Shown: positions 15,301 to 27,525, counted from the first letter of the stretch. The stretch: DNA of 64,000 bases from Haliotis rubra (GCF_003918875.1 NW_025765670.1:496001-560000); one strand, 5' to 3'. A program made the numbers and translations. The notes: generated by a model from the sequence alone, not told the origin.

Positions 15301-18300
15301 TCTATCTACCAGTTTTAAAATGGCAGGTTGTTGTGAGACTGAGATTTAGAAATGCACTCCAAACATTTTCGTGGCAATTAAGGAAATTTTCAAAACTTAA
15401 AATATCACTTTTAAAGACGCTGTGCATGGTTTCTTTGCAAGACGTAGTTTATAAGTAGCTTTATCCTTACTGAAACAGATGTCGGGTCTCCCGGCAAAGT
15501 CTGCTTGTCTTGTGACGAGAGCTTCCATTACAACATCAATTCTACTCAAGACAATTGCCATCCGATTACCTGTAAATGAATTATGTCCACTTCCAATATT
15601 GTAAGTTAAAACGAATTAAACACAATATTTCACAACCATCAGCAATTGTCAGTTTTGAATATATATATGTTGGAGAACTTGGGAGGTTATAATTCCATAT
15701 TATTTCTGACCATTTCGGTGGAGTTGGATTTTGTTTAACGCCACACTCAGCAATATTCCAGCTGTATGGCTACGGTCTGTAAATAATCTAGTCTGGACCA
15801 GACAATCCAGTGATGAACAGCATGAGCATCGATCTACGCAATTGGAATACGATGACAAGTGTCATCCACGTCAGCGAGTCTGACCACCTGATAACATTAG
15901 TCGCCTCTTATGACAAGCAGGGCTTACTGGAGACCAATTCTAACACGGGTCCGGTGGAGCTAGACCTCGCAAAGTAACAGTAGACACACAAACAACGCAT
16001 GTCTTCATTGTTCCAATCATCTATGCAGGTATGCAGGGTATGATATATCTCAGATATCGCATATCTTCAATGTTCCAATCATCCAATCATCTATGCAGTT
16101 ATGCAGGGTATGATATATCTCCGATATCGCATATCTTCAATGTTCCAATCATCCAATCATCTATGCAGTTATGCAGGGTATGATACATCTCAGATATCAC
16201 ATATCTTCAATGTTCCAATCATCCAATCATCTATGCAGTTATGCAGGGTATGATACATCTCAGATATCGCATTTCTTCAATGTTCCAATCATCTATGCAG
16301 TTATGCAGGGTATGATATATCTCAGATATCGCATATCTTCAATGTTCCAATCATCCAATCATCTATGCAGTTATGCAGGGTATGATACATCTCAGATATC
16401 GCATTTCTTCAATGTTCCAATCATCCAATCATCTATGCAGTTATGCAGGGTATGATATATCTCAGATATCACATATCTTCAATGTTCCAATCATCCAATC
16501 ATCTATGCAGTTATGCAGGGTATGATATATCTCAGATATCGCATATCTTCAATGTTCCAATCATCCAATCATCTATGCAGTTATGCAGGGTATGATACAT
16601 CTCAGATATCGCATTTCTTCAATGTTCCAATCATCCAATCATCTATGCAGTTATGCAGGGTATGATATATCTCAGATATAACATATCTTCAATGTTCCAA
16701 TCGTCCAATCATCTATGCAGTTATACAGGGTATGATATATCTCCGATATCGCATATCTTCAATGTTCCAATCATCCAATCATCTATGCAGTTATGCAGGG
16801 TATGATATATCTCCGATATCGCATATCTTCAATGTTCCAATCATCTATGCAGTTATGCAGGGTATGATATATCTCCGATATCGCATATCTTCAATGTTCC
16901 AATCATCTATGCAGTTATGCAGGGTATGATATATCTCCGATATCGCATATCTTCAATGTTCCAATCATCCAATCATCTATGCAGTTATGCAGAGTATGAT
17001 ATATCTCCGATATCGCATATCTTCAATGTTCCAATCATCCAATCATCTATGCAGTTATGCAAGGTATGATATATCTCCGATATCGCATATCTTCAACGTT
17101 CCAATCATCCAATCATCTTTGTAGTTATGCAGAGTATGATATATCCATTATCTATAACCTGAATTAGTTTACCTGTTCGAATGACACGACGCCAAAAATA
17201 GACTTGAGCTGTAATATCACAGTCTATAAATTTTCACTTATGTAGGACATTATTGCAGACTCGTGGAGCAGGGCTCCGTTCCACAAAGCGATCGTAGCGC
17301 TAAGATGATCGTAACTCCCATACTTTAGCATAGACTTACGACATTCGTAGCTTTGTGAAACGGGCCCCAGGCAAACTTACCCAACATAATCTTGATAACT
17401 GGACCGTGCTTTTTGCTCAACTCACTGAACTTCCGAAACATAAGATCCCCTTGTATATCTAGAAAATACAAATATTCCGACAATTTGAATGGAACTTTAT
17501 GGAAGCGTTTCAGTGTCCCAGTCTAAGCAAAGTAGAGGATACTTTATTCTACGTAGATGATACTTTATTCTACGTAGATGATACTTTAGGAACAAGGTAG
17601 AGGATACTTTATTCTACACACATTATACTTTATTATACGTAGATGATACTTTATGAGCAACGTAGAGGATATTTGATTCTACGTAGATGATACTTTACGT
17701 ACAACGAAGATGATACTATATTCTACGTAGATGATACTTTATGTACAACGAAGATGGTACTTTATTCTATGTAGATGATACTTTATGAACAACGTAGATG
17801 ATACTTTATTCTACGTAGATGATACTTTACGTACAACGTAGAGGATACTTTGTTCTACTTAGATGATACTTTATGAACAACGTAGAGGATATTTTATTCT
17901 ACGTAGATGATACTTTATGTACAACGAAGATGATACTTTATTCTATTTAGATGATACTTTATGAACAACGTAGATGATACTTTATTCTACGTAGAGGATA
18001 CTTTACGTACAACGAAGATGATACTATATTCTACGTAGATGATACTTTATGAACAACGTAGAGGATATTTTATTCTACGTAGAGGATACTTTATGTACTA
18101 CGTAGATGATACTTTATGTACTACGTAGATGATACTTTATTCTACGTAGATGATACTTTATGTACAACGAAGATGATACTTTATGTACTACGTAGATGAT
18201 ACTATATTCTACGTAGAGGATATTTTATTCTACGTAGATGATACTTTATTCTACGTAGATGATACTTTATGTACAACGAAGGGGATACTTTATTCTATGT

Positions 18301-18869
18301 AGAGGATACTTTATGAACAACGTAGAGGATACTTTATTCTACGTGGATGATATTATATTCTATGTAGATGATACTTTATTCTGTGTAGAGGATGCTTTAT
18401 TCTAAGTAGATCATACTTTATTCTATGTAGATGATACGTTATTCAACGTAGAGGATACTTTATTCTAAGTAGATCATACTTCAGTCTACGAAGATGATAC
18501 TATATTCTATGTAGATGATACTTTATTCTGTGTAGATGATACTTTATTCTAAGTAGATCATACTTTATTCTACGTGGATGATATTATATTCTATGTAGAT
18601 GATACTTTATTCTGTGTAGATGATACTTTATTCTACGGATGATGCTTTATTCTACGTAAATATTATTTTTATCAATGAAGCTAAAAGAAATATATGCCTA
18701 AAAGTCATTTACCTAAAATGTTTCCTATCAATGGCCATCCCTTGGGCCCGGGCGGTAGGTTGTATCGTTTCTTGAAGAGATTATAGGCGATGAGTCCAAC
18801 CACACTCCCAACAACGAGAGCCTGGGTTACCACAGACTGGGGCCACAACTGTGATAAACACTCAAACAT
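6398..18869 (-). CDS. Cytochrome P450, clan 2, steroid 17-alpha-hydroxylase (CYP17A1)-like; 10 coding exons: 18869-18713, 17458-17381, 15569-15471, 14535-14442, 13673-13515, 12731-12523, 11789-11661, 9806-9702, 7953-7819, 6744-6398 (1512 nt, 503 aa)
   Basis: All introns are GT-AG with consistent phases and give one open frame. N-terminal membrane anchor plus [23 protein letters not shown] (WxxxR), I-helix GAGIDTT, EIMR (ExxR), PERF, heme motif [10 protein letters not shown]. Exact family needs phylogeny. Confidence 0.93.
7437..7771 (+). mobile_element. tRNA-derived SINE with Meta-domain-like body
   Basis: A box TGGTGTAGTGG, B box GGTTCGATCCC, body CATACCAAAAGATGTAAAATATAGTACTTG..CCTGGCGCTCGGCAT, (CACCT)n tail, 9-bp TSD CCACTGCTG (7428-7436, 7772-7780). 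The Meta-domain assignment is from recalled consensus. Confidence 0.8.
10311..11166 (-). mobile_element. Internally deleted Tc1/mariner element in a CYP intron
   Basis: ~85-bp TIRs (TACTGAAAGGCAAAAGAAA.GTCGTAATATT...) and TA TSD. Remnant transposase from ATG 10856: [39 protein letters not shown] (paired-like HTH), then frameshifted; DDE domain lost. Confidence 0.9.
13760..13931 (-). mobile_element. SINE family A (tRNA-Asp-like head, ~170 bp), full copy
   Basis: A/B boxes (TAGCCTAGTGG, GGTTCGAT), GTC loop, tail GCTGGAATATTGCTAAAAGCGGCGTAAAAC(ACTC)n, TSD GTAACATGA. Further copies near 2235, 3131, 3460, 4070, 6825, 25950, 27170, 36105, 45412, 46290, 49465, 53020, 53888, 60660, 63270. Confidence 0.9.
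16001..17146. repeat. 70-bp (62-bp variant) minisatellite, ~16-17 copies, in a CYP intron
   Basis: ATCTTCAATGTTCCAATCAT(CCAATCAT)CTATGCAGTTATGCAGGGTATGATATATCTC(A/C)GATATCGCAT. Confidence 0.95.
17271..17368. mobile_element. ~100-bp MITE (inverted relative at ~19736-19847)
   Basis: TIR GGGC.CCGTTCCACAAAGC / GCTTTGTGAAACGGGCCC. Confidence 0.7.
17532..18658. repeat. 21/23-bp minisatellite, ~50 monomers, in a CYP intron
   Basis: GTAGATGATACTTTATTCTAC interleaved with GTAGATGATACTTTATG(T/A)ACAAC. Confidence 0.95.
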
Positions 18870-19519
18870 TGTCCTTCTGTAGAAGTCTCTTTAACTGTGC
18901 TAGAATCTGAAACAAAGCACGTGATTTAGTCATATCATGTTGTTCAGCAAAAACACCCATACATCAGTAGTAGAGATAGAGATCTCACCCGAGTGTCTTT
19001 TGATATCAAATATATCACCACGAGTTGATAAAGTAACAAATATCCGAGACGTTATCATTAAAAATCACTCTTCAATGAAAAAGTACATCTCTGAACACAG
19101 TACTGCCATTAGATTTGCTGTGCATCGATGTCATAGCATTGTGACGTCATCAAGTTCATGACGTCATAGCATTGTCAGGGCATTGTGCAAAATCTACTGT
19201 CAAAATGATATCTCCTAGGAGATATCGTCTGATCACACGCAAGCAATATCACCTATGGAACACAGTTTGGGATGATAAATAGAAACTGCAAGCATCACAC
19301 TTTGTGGTCGTGATGTGGTCATGTTATTAAAATGACAATTATCCAGGGCTCAGGCTCCTCTTGTGTGTTGTAAGTACAAACAGAATCAATTTGCACAGAA
19401 TGGTGTTAACACCACGGTTGTCTACAAACACGAATGATGAATTGTGAAATCATTTTGACATATTGTAACAAAGGACCACGCATTTACCCTATTTTGCAAA
19501 CATTAAACATTGTATGTGG

Positions 19520-19730
19520 TAATCACGTGTACATGGAAACTAAGAGAATCACTGTTCCAGTTTCGATCCGGTTATTATGATCTGATGTATTACAAAAAAT
19601 GATGTCATACTACTGAGAACCAATCCTGCAGAATGTCTGACAGTAATAATTTTGAAGATGAATATCACGTTCTTCTCATCTGTCCACAGTATGAAGATCT
19701 AAGAAGCGATTATATCCTATCTAAGTATAC
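19520..19730 (+). mobile_element. LINE ORF2 C-terminal remnant
   Basis: EDEYHVLLICPQYEDLR..YI, the CCHC-knuckle end of non-LTR ORF2. Confidence 0.65.
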
Positions 19731-20764
19731 GTCCTGGGCCCTGTTCCTCAATGCGATCGTAGCACTACTCGACTGGCGTAAGTCTATGTTAAAGTATGGG
19801 AGTTACGATCATCTTAGCGCTACGATCATTTTGTGGAACGGGGCCGGCTGACGGGCCGCTTTTACTTACCCCCACCATCCCCTACGGGCATCTGGCCTAA
19901 AGTTCAGAAAACTAAAAGCAAAATGTCAAGCAGAATGTGACTACGTTTATACACCACATGTATAAACATAAATAATATGAGTATAACCGTTTTACTTGTC
20001 CACGGGCATCTGGCCTAAAGTTCAGAAAACAAAGAATGGCTTGACATGAACATGTTGAAAAAATATGAGTAGCTGTACAGGTTATTACCTCTGGGCGTCT
20101 AATCAACCGGTGTGTTGTCTGTCTATGGGACCGGTAGTGAGAGATACTGACGTCTAGGTGTGCGCACGTTCTATATACTCACCTAAACGCCGAGTGACAC
20201 AGGTATTTGACTGACACACATATAAGGTAGTATATGTGTATTGATCACCTGGTCAAGCTCACCGAACAGTTTTCGACGCTGATAAATGAGAATCTCTCGG
20301 AGGAAACGTGAAGGACGGGTGTGTGAGCTTACCCGGTGCCTGCCACCCGTAAGTGCACATGCATTGAGCTAGTTTTAAATCCATATATGGAGCTGGGGTA
20401 GATATAGATAACACTCTCATTACATTGAGTATGAGCGATAAGTCAAGGTAATACAAATCTTTGACCTACTATTTATATAACAGAGCTGGCTTTACGGCTT
20501 CACACCTGACATAACATACCTGTGTGGGTGTGTCAGGAGCTTCGTGGTCATCTGAATCACTGTGACCTTTGTCAGTCACGGACATTGGGTTGTCCGCTTT
20601 ACCGTTATAGCAGAGGGTCGTCACTGGGTTGTACGTGCTTGGTCATGGGTACAGGGAAGTTGTTGCAGGTAGTTACAGGACGTCGTTTATATGGTGTAAG
20701 TTATGGGATGTCATAACATGGATGTTACAGGGTTAATTACAAAGTCCCAGGTAGGGGGTGGTGT

Positions 20765-21095
20765 TTACAGGTAGCAGTTGGAGGGTCGTAGTTACAGGGT
20801 GATAGTTACAGGTAGTAGTTACAGGTAGCAGTTACAGGGTGGTAGTTACAGGTAGCACTGAGTAACAGGGTGGTAGTTACAGGTGGTAGTTACAAGTAGC
20901 AGTTACAGGGTGATAGTTACAGGTAGCAGTTACAGGTAGTAGTGACAGGGTGATAATTACAGGTAGTAGTTACAGGGTTGTAGTTATGTAAAGTCGCGGG
21001 TCAGGGTGGCAGTTACTGGTAGCAGTTACAGAGTCGTGGCAGTTCCGTATATGCAGTAACAGGGTAACAGAGAAGTTACAGATAACTGGGTACAG
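20765..21095. repeat. Degenerate 12-14-bp tandem repeat
   Basis: GTTACAGGTAGCA / GTTACAGGGTGGTA units. Confidence 0.85.
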
Positions 21096-21817
21096 GGTCG
21101 GAGTCCCATGGTAGAAGGCACAGCTCGAAAGAAAAATACCTGTGCAGCAGATATTCTGAAACTGTCCCCATCTCCTGATATATTCCAGCTCCAAAACGTC
21201 AAACACCATTCATACCTCACCTGTACAAACTCTCCCCAGAGACAAATGAATGCCCGAGTGAGTGTTGCTCTACAGCGTCGGCAAACTTCCAGCAATATCA
21301 CAGCAGTGCTTTCGGTCTCTAACGATGCAGACAAACCCCAGTCTTTGATATCATTATCCTGAAATGACCTTCGATCACCCCGTCACACACTTCAACATCT
21401 ATGTCCACTGAAGTAGAGATTCATATTACTATATATGGTGCTATATTCTACCCGTGATGACCACGCTTTCTTTAAGCATTGCCCGAATATGGTCTGTGAT
21501 AAGAGACGTACTGACACCGCCTCTGTTATGACTGCTCTGTGTAGCTGCGGTGAAAATAGGGCAACGGTCGATGAACACAAGCTCATGTTGCTTTGCAAAT
21601 AACGCGGTTTTTCTGTGAGTGTACAGTCACGTGGTGTACAGTCACGTGGTCTCACTGCGTTTGTATGTGTTGGTCTATTTTCATAACATTTGTGGCAGCG
21701 CTACGCTCGCTTGGTTGTTGACATGCTCTATGATATACTTATAGTTAAATTAAAAAGGGTTGCCCAACTGTGGAAACAGAAAACATGTGTTCCCAGAGAT
21801 GTACGAAACTCCTTCCG

Positions 21818-23665
21818 CAAGTCAAGTCAAATATTTTAATCGTATGAAATCCACTGGCCCATATACAGAGAAAGTGCATATGTGCATATTACAGTAGTGC
21901 ATAAATTCGTACGTAAATTCGTACGTAAGTTACATAAAGTTATTCTAATATTTATGTAAGTTTTTCTCCTTTAATAACTTTACGTAGTTCCCAGTAACAT
22001 CACATCCTTCGACGAAAGAAACATTCTAAACTTATACATATTCCGGTTATAAAAATACATTTTAGACAGATACATAAAATAATTCTCATCTAAATCTCCA
22101 TATTACAAAGAGGGCGTAAACGTAAACTTAAAACTAACCCCAGTCATCAACTTTCAACTTTAATAACCCCATCCTCAGTATTGTCAATATTCTATTTATT
22201 TTTAAAAGGGTGAGTTATTCCTCGAACCTGCTGTTTTCTACAGTACTATTTCAAGCTTGGTGACTTGCTTAACTTGCTTATACAGTTAAGAAATGGAATT
22301 TATCGCCAACACACTGGACAATACATACCAAATTCTAGTCATATCCAAGAAAGCCCACGCAAGTCTACAAATTGTGGCAAGTCTAGATTTCCACAGCTTC
22401 TGAAAATGAAGAAAGTCTCAGGGCTCCTTTTCATTATATTTACTTTTTCACTATGGGCTTTTTTCTGTAAAATATGTTCACTTCAGAGACTAGTTGTTAG
22501 TCTATCCAAACCCATGTGAGAACAATAAAGTGAGCACAGCAGATGCATAGTTTTGATATCCACAGTTATTACCCACGTGGTCAACGTATGGGTAGTTGCA
22601 TACTAATCTCGTACGTCACACGAGTGTCGTATCGCGTTGACCTGTGTCGTAACGACTTGACCTGAGATTCTAACGATTTGATTGGATAACCGATGACCTC
22701 TCAGTTAGGACACGTTGGGACGGAACTACTTGTTCATTCATAACAAACACGTGAATTCATTCATTCTACAACTTAGATGCATTGTGGGAATGTAAACATT
22801 ACGAACGTTGCCGTGTCGCTGTTTAATTGTTTAATGGCGTAGTGACGTCATTACAGTGTGACGTCATGCAAAAGTGTACTTCAGAACAAAATTCTTCCGC
22901 AACCTCTTTATGAAACCGGTTTCGGTTTGAAACCATAACAATAACAAAAATACGCTATTTTGTCAATTCAATGCATGTAAGACATGGGTAATAAATAAAA
23001 TACCACACTCGCTGTCATTACATACAAATTAGACGAAACTGGTGACCTTCCTATCGCTCGGTCAGATACCATAGGAAGGACACTCGTTTCGTATAATTCG
23101 TATGTAATGAGACCTCGTGTAGTATTCTCTATTTATCATAGCACATGCGCATATTATAGGCTTTCTTGGCGATTCGGTCATTGTGCATTTCGATACGTTT
23201 AAGCCAGTATTATATACAGACTGCATTTATTTCTAAAGGATATCGGCAATTTTAACCATATACAGTTACATTCGGTGTATGGGGAGCAATGTTGAGACAT
23301 TCCTTGATAGAGGCTTCCAGGTGAACACCTCAGAGCCATATAATTTAATGGGCTGAATTTGTGTGTCGAATATCTTAGAGAACACTATTGTGTCAACCAT
23401 ACCAAATTTATACAAAAACGGATAAGCGCTTGTTTTCCTCTCAATGGCAGATGTTGAATACATTTATTTGTTTTACATGCAGATGAGAATATTACTCCAA
23501 GACATCTGTTAATGAATCGTTCACACATTTTTACCTTTATAGAATCATTTTTCGTTTCTCGATAGTCGTCCACCTCGATATTTGTCTTTCAGATATGCTG
23601 TTAGACCCCATACATCCGCATACGAGTGTAAAGTATTAAGTTGTTTCTGTAACTGACGAGACCTT
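21818..23665 (-). mobile_element. Degenerate 3' part of a LINE (RT C-terminus to tail), interrupted by other repeats
   Basis: Fragments LQKQLNTLHSYADVWGLT, RGGRLSRNEK, LGVIFSS, KIFDTQIQPIKLYGSEV; 3' tail ATTAAAATATTTGACTTGACTTG on the minus strand. Confidence 0.7.
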
Positions 23666-24113
23666 GTCATCGAGCGCCAGGCAGGATAACAACAAGCAAC
23701 ATCCTGAACGCGTATGTCATGACGCGACCGGGGATAGAACCACTGTCCGGTCTTCTCTCTACCCGATGCCCTCTGCTGCATAAATTCACAATATAGAAAC
23801 ATATAATCACCTGCACAATCATCAGACAAAGGCGACTAACGGGATCGGGTACTGTAGTTTGGTTGTTTATGTTTTTAAGGTACCCAGGTATACAACAAGC
23901 ACCTAGTACATTAGGAAGGGGATGAAATAATGAATATTGACCATGTTCGTCTTTGCTCGGTCGTGATCGAGGGTTGACGCCTGCAATCAGGGAAGAGCTT
24001 CTGGACCGTTGACTATCTGCACGGCAACGTCGAGGATAGATAGGTTTGACAGATTAAGGTGCAAAGTGTATAGTTACAAGGACGCTGAAGTTCCGAATTC
24101 CAAATGTGTTAAT

Positions 24114-24354
24114 ACCCGTGAAGGTACGGGTTAGAATTGGCCTTCAGTAACCCATGCTTGTCGTAAGAGGCGACTAACGGGATCGGGTGGTCAGGCTCGC
24201 TGACTTGGTTGACACATGTCATCGGTTCCCAATTGCGCAGATCGATGCTCGTGCTGTTGATCACTGGATTGTCTGGTCCAGACTCGATTATTTACAGACC
24301 GCCGCCATATAGCTGGAATATTGCTGAGTGCGGCGTAAAACTAAACTCACTCAC
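24114..24354 (+). mobile_element. SINE-like family B (~240 bp, no tRNA head), full copy
   Basis: Starts ACCCGTGAAG and ends GCTGGAATATTGCTGAGTGCGGCGTAAAAC(ACTC)n. Other copies near 5330(-), 8755, 11550(-), 14165, 15720(-), 26300(-), 34775, 35190, 35800(-), 37509, 42628, 45725, 53340, 63733. Confidence 0.88.
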
Positions 24355-25008
24355 AGAAGATGAGTCCGTCCAGATGTGATCTGAAGGAATCTACGGAATG
24401 CTAGTAAATTTAGACGAATCCTTGTCGAAATAATGCCGATGCGACGGAATATCTGAACTTTGTGTCATCTGGCTTGTCTTTGTGTCATCTCAACACGCTG
24501 TAACTCCCAACCTGTACTATAAACCCCAGTAAATTAATCCGCATACCTCCCTCTCACTGCAACTCTGAACTTTATGCAACTACTGCCCTGTAATAATATA
24601 ACAACGCAGGGGCGGATACAGGATTTTCGTTTGGAGNNNNNNNNNNNNNNNNNNNNNNNNNNNNNNNNNNNNNNNNNNNNNNNNNNNNNNNNNNNNNNNN
24701 NNNNNNNNNNNNNNNNNNNNNNNNNNNNNNNNNNNNNNNNNNNNNNNNNNNNNNNNNNNNNNNNNNNNNNNNNNNNNNNNNNNNNNNNNNNNNNTGTGAT
24801 AATATAATTATCATACACCTATCAATGATATCAGGCACCTTGAAAGTGATATATAATAGACAGTGTAGCAATCTAGGACTGGTGTGGCTTGTTTAAGCCT
24901 TTTGAATGAGGAACCCATAAGCCCGGGTGGTAAGGAACTGGAGTTACGTCCCTTAGTGTGTCGTCTGCTCTGCTAGCGTTTCCGTCACAGGGGCGCGTCA
25001 CGCTTAGA

Positions 25009-25174
25009 GTGAGTGAGTGAGTATGGTTTGACGCCGCTTTTAGCAATATTCCAGCAATATCACGGCGGGGGACACCGGATATGGGCTTCACACGTTGTTC
25101 CCATGTGGGGAATCGAACCCGGGTCATCGGCGTGACGAGCGAACGCTTTAACCACTAGGCTACCCCACCGCCCT
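25009..25174 (-). mobile_element. SINE family A, full copy, inserted into a palindrome arm
   Basis: 12-bp TSD GTCACGCTTAGA at 24997-25008 and 25175-25186. Confidence 0.92.
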
Positions 25175-25175
25175 G

Positions 25176-25313
25176 TCACGCTTAGAAACAACGTTAGAAA
25201 GACATGTAGGTATATAGACCCTACCCTAGTACTATATAAAAGGAGCCTTTTATATAGTACTAGGGTAGGGTCTATATACCTACATGTCTTTCTAATGTTG
25301 TTTCTAAGCGTGA
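25176..25313. repeat. Near-perfect palindrome: 68-bp arms, 2-nt loop
   Basis: 25176-25243 is the reverse complement of 25246-25313 with one mismatch. Confidence 0.95.
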
Positions 25314-27398
25314 TACGCCCCTCCGGCTGCATGATCATCTCCATCTCCATCTGAATCAGTTCTTACCTTGACATCTTAGCTTAGCAAGATTTAATGCAGT
25401 CTGTTCAGTCACTTTTTTATCCCTACAGAATTAAGTCAAGTTTTGGTACAAAGTAAGTGACACCCCCTTGCATGTCAAGTACAAACTCAATGACCCCCAC
25501 TCCATACTTTTTAATATTACGTACAAAACTGACCCCACCCCACCAGTACGTCTCTCTCTCTCTCTAATTATATTAAATAGTTATCCCTGCTTCATCAGTG
25601 TGTTTAGTTATATTAAAATAATCTACTCAATTTTCACTTGGGTAATATACATCCTCTGAATACTAGTTTTGCTGCATTGGTGTGTCGCGTATGTGGTCAA
25701 GGGGAGATAATCAAGAGGCAATATTCTCTCTTTCACTGACACGCAAGTACCATACCACTCTAATAAATCCATAAGAAATTACTTAAGTTTCATCCCAAAA
25801 TATTTAAATTAGTGTAATTGTATTTTTTAAATGTTTTGTTTACCTTTGTTCAAATGGATACTATATATTTGAACCTACGGTTTTATTTCAGACCACTGTA
25901 CTAAATGTACAAAAATGTATGAATTTATGTTGTCTTGGGGCAAAAGGGGAGGTGGGGGTAGCTTAGTGGTTAAGGCGTTCCCTCCTCACCAAGACGACCC
26001 GGATTCGATTCCCCATATGGGCACAATGTGTGAAGCCCATTTCTGGTGTCCCCTGCCGTGATATTGCTGGAATATTGCTAAAAGCAGCATAAAACTAAAC
26101 TCACTCTTGGCACAATCAATGTTGCATACTATTGATGTTAGAATTGATCTTAAGCAACCCATGAGTGTCGAAAGAAAAGAATAATAGGTCTAGGTGGGGA
26201 CAGGCTTGTTGACTTGGTTGATGCATGGTGCATGTCTGTGAATAATCAATATTATTCAGTGATTGATGATATAAACATTGATATAAGCAGCCGTGATATA
26301 ATGACATGCATCAACCACGTCCGCAAGAATGACCACCCCTTACCTCTTGCAACAAGCATGGGTTGCTGAAGACCAATTCTCACCTGGATCTCCATTTCTA
26401 ACTTTCTTCTTCTGTTGGTGCATGGACACCACTAAAAGGCAGAACTGTGATTGTAAGGTGGCCATAGATGAAAATCTGTAATTAACACAGCAAACCAAAA
26501 TGGTTTTCTTACAGCACATGGCTCATATAATTTGGTCTCAAATTCTGTGCTACTGTTTGCCGAGATTATAGACGTAATTAACTCAGTGTCAGAGAAAGAA
26601 GATGAAATCGTTTATCCATACAGTGGGTAGAATGAGGGGAAATGAGGTTTAACATCATGCTTGAGGTTACGTTAATACAGTCACATGCACAGTCCGATGC
26701 TTGGACTATTCTGGACCAGGGATTTACAGGAGGTGAATTCCTGCGTCCTATACTCATAAAAATAAGTGACAATAAGTTATCGCCGCGTTTGCTACTAGCT
26801 GGGTTATGGTATTATTTGCAATTTAATTACTGTAACAATGTGATGATCATGATACACAATACAATAACAGTATTAATAATAATATTTAAGTGTCTGGGAC
26901 CCCCATTTTGTTGTCCAGGACACCTGAAAATTAAGAGTATGAGTCCCAGGGACCCTCAAATACAGGACTCCATGTAAATCCCTGCTGGACTTAAATTGTC
27001 ACATTACTAGCCCACTGAATTTTCATACCATATTGGTAAAGATAGCCGTCAATCTTATAACACTTTGTTCAGCCTACTTACCATAACACTACTCAAAACT
27101 AGACAGGGATAAGAATTTTCCACACATCTACGGAATTACATAGATGTTATGTTAAGGGTAAGTTTTTGGAGTGAGTTGGATTTTACACTGCCTTTAGCAA
27201 TATTCCAGCAAAATCATGGCCGGGAAATGGGCCTTATATTGTACCCATGTGGGGAATTGAACCTGGGTCTTCGGTGGGACGAGCAAACGCTTTAACTGCT
27301 GGGCTACCCCACTTCCCCCCGTTTTGGGGACACATCAAGACAACATATACATAAATCATAAGGTCCACCATATCCCTGGTTAACTTCCAGTATGTTAA

Positions 27399-27492
27399 CA
27401 GGGGTGGAAATAACTTTAAAATTGCTAGTGTACTCCAGTACAGTGGCACATGTAAAATCACTTGCCCTTATAATTTTTCCACTATACCGGCC

Positions 27493-27525
<33 letters not shown>

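Noticed and set aside
16001-18658. CRISPR-like arrays
   Set aside because: Head-to-tail repeats without unique spacers, no cas genes, eukaryotic intron context.
25085-25174. tRNA-Asp(GTC) gene (and similar heads elsewhere)
   Set aside because: No proper acceptor stem or T-run terminator; continues into a SINE body and tail and is bounded by TSDs.
27493-27524. Poly(A) remnant of a TUFM retrocopy
   Set aside because: The T-run lies inside an hAT MITE, about 850 bp beyond the likely poly(A) signal.
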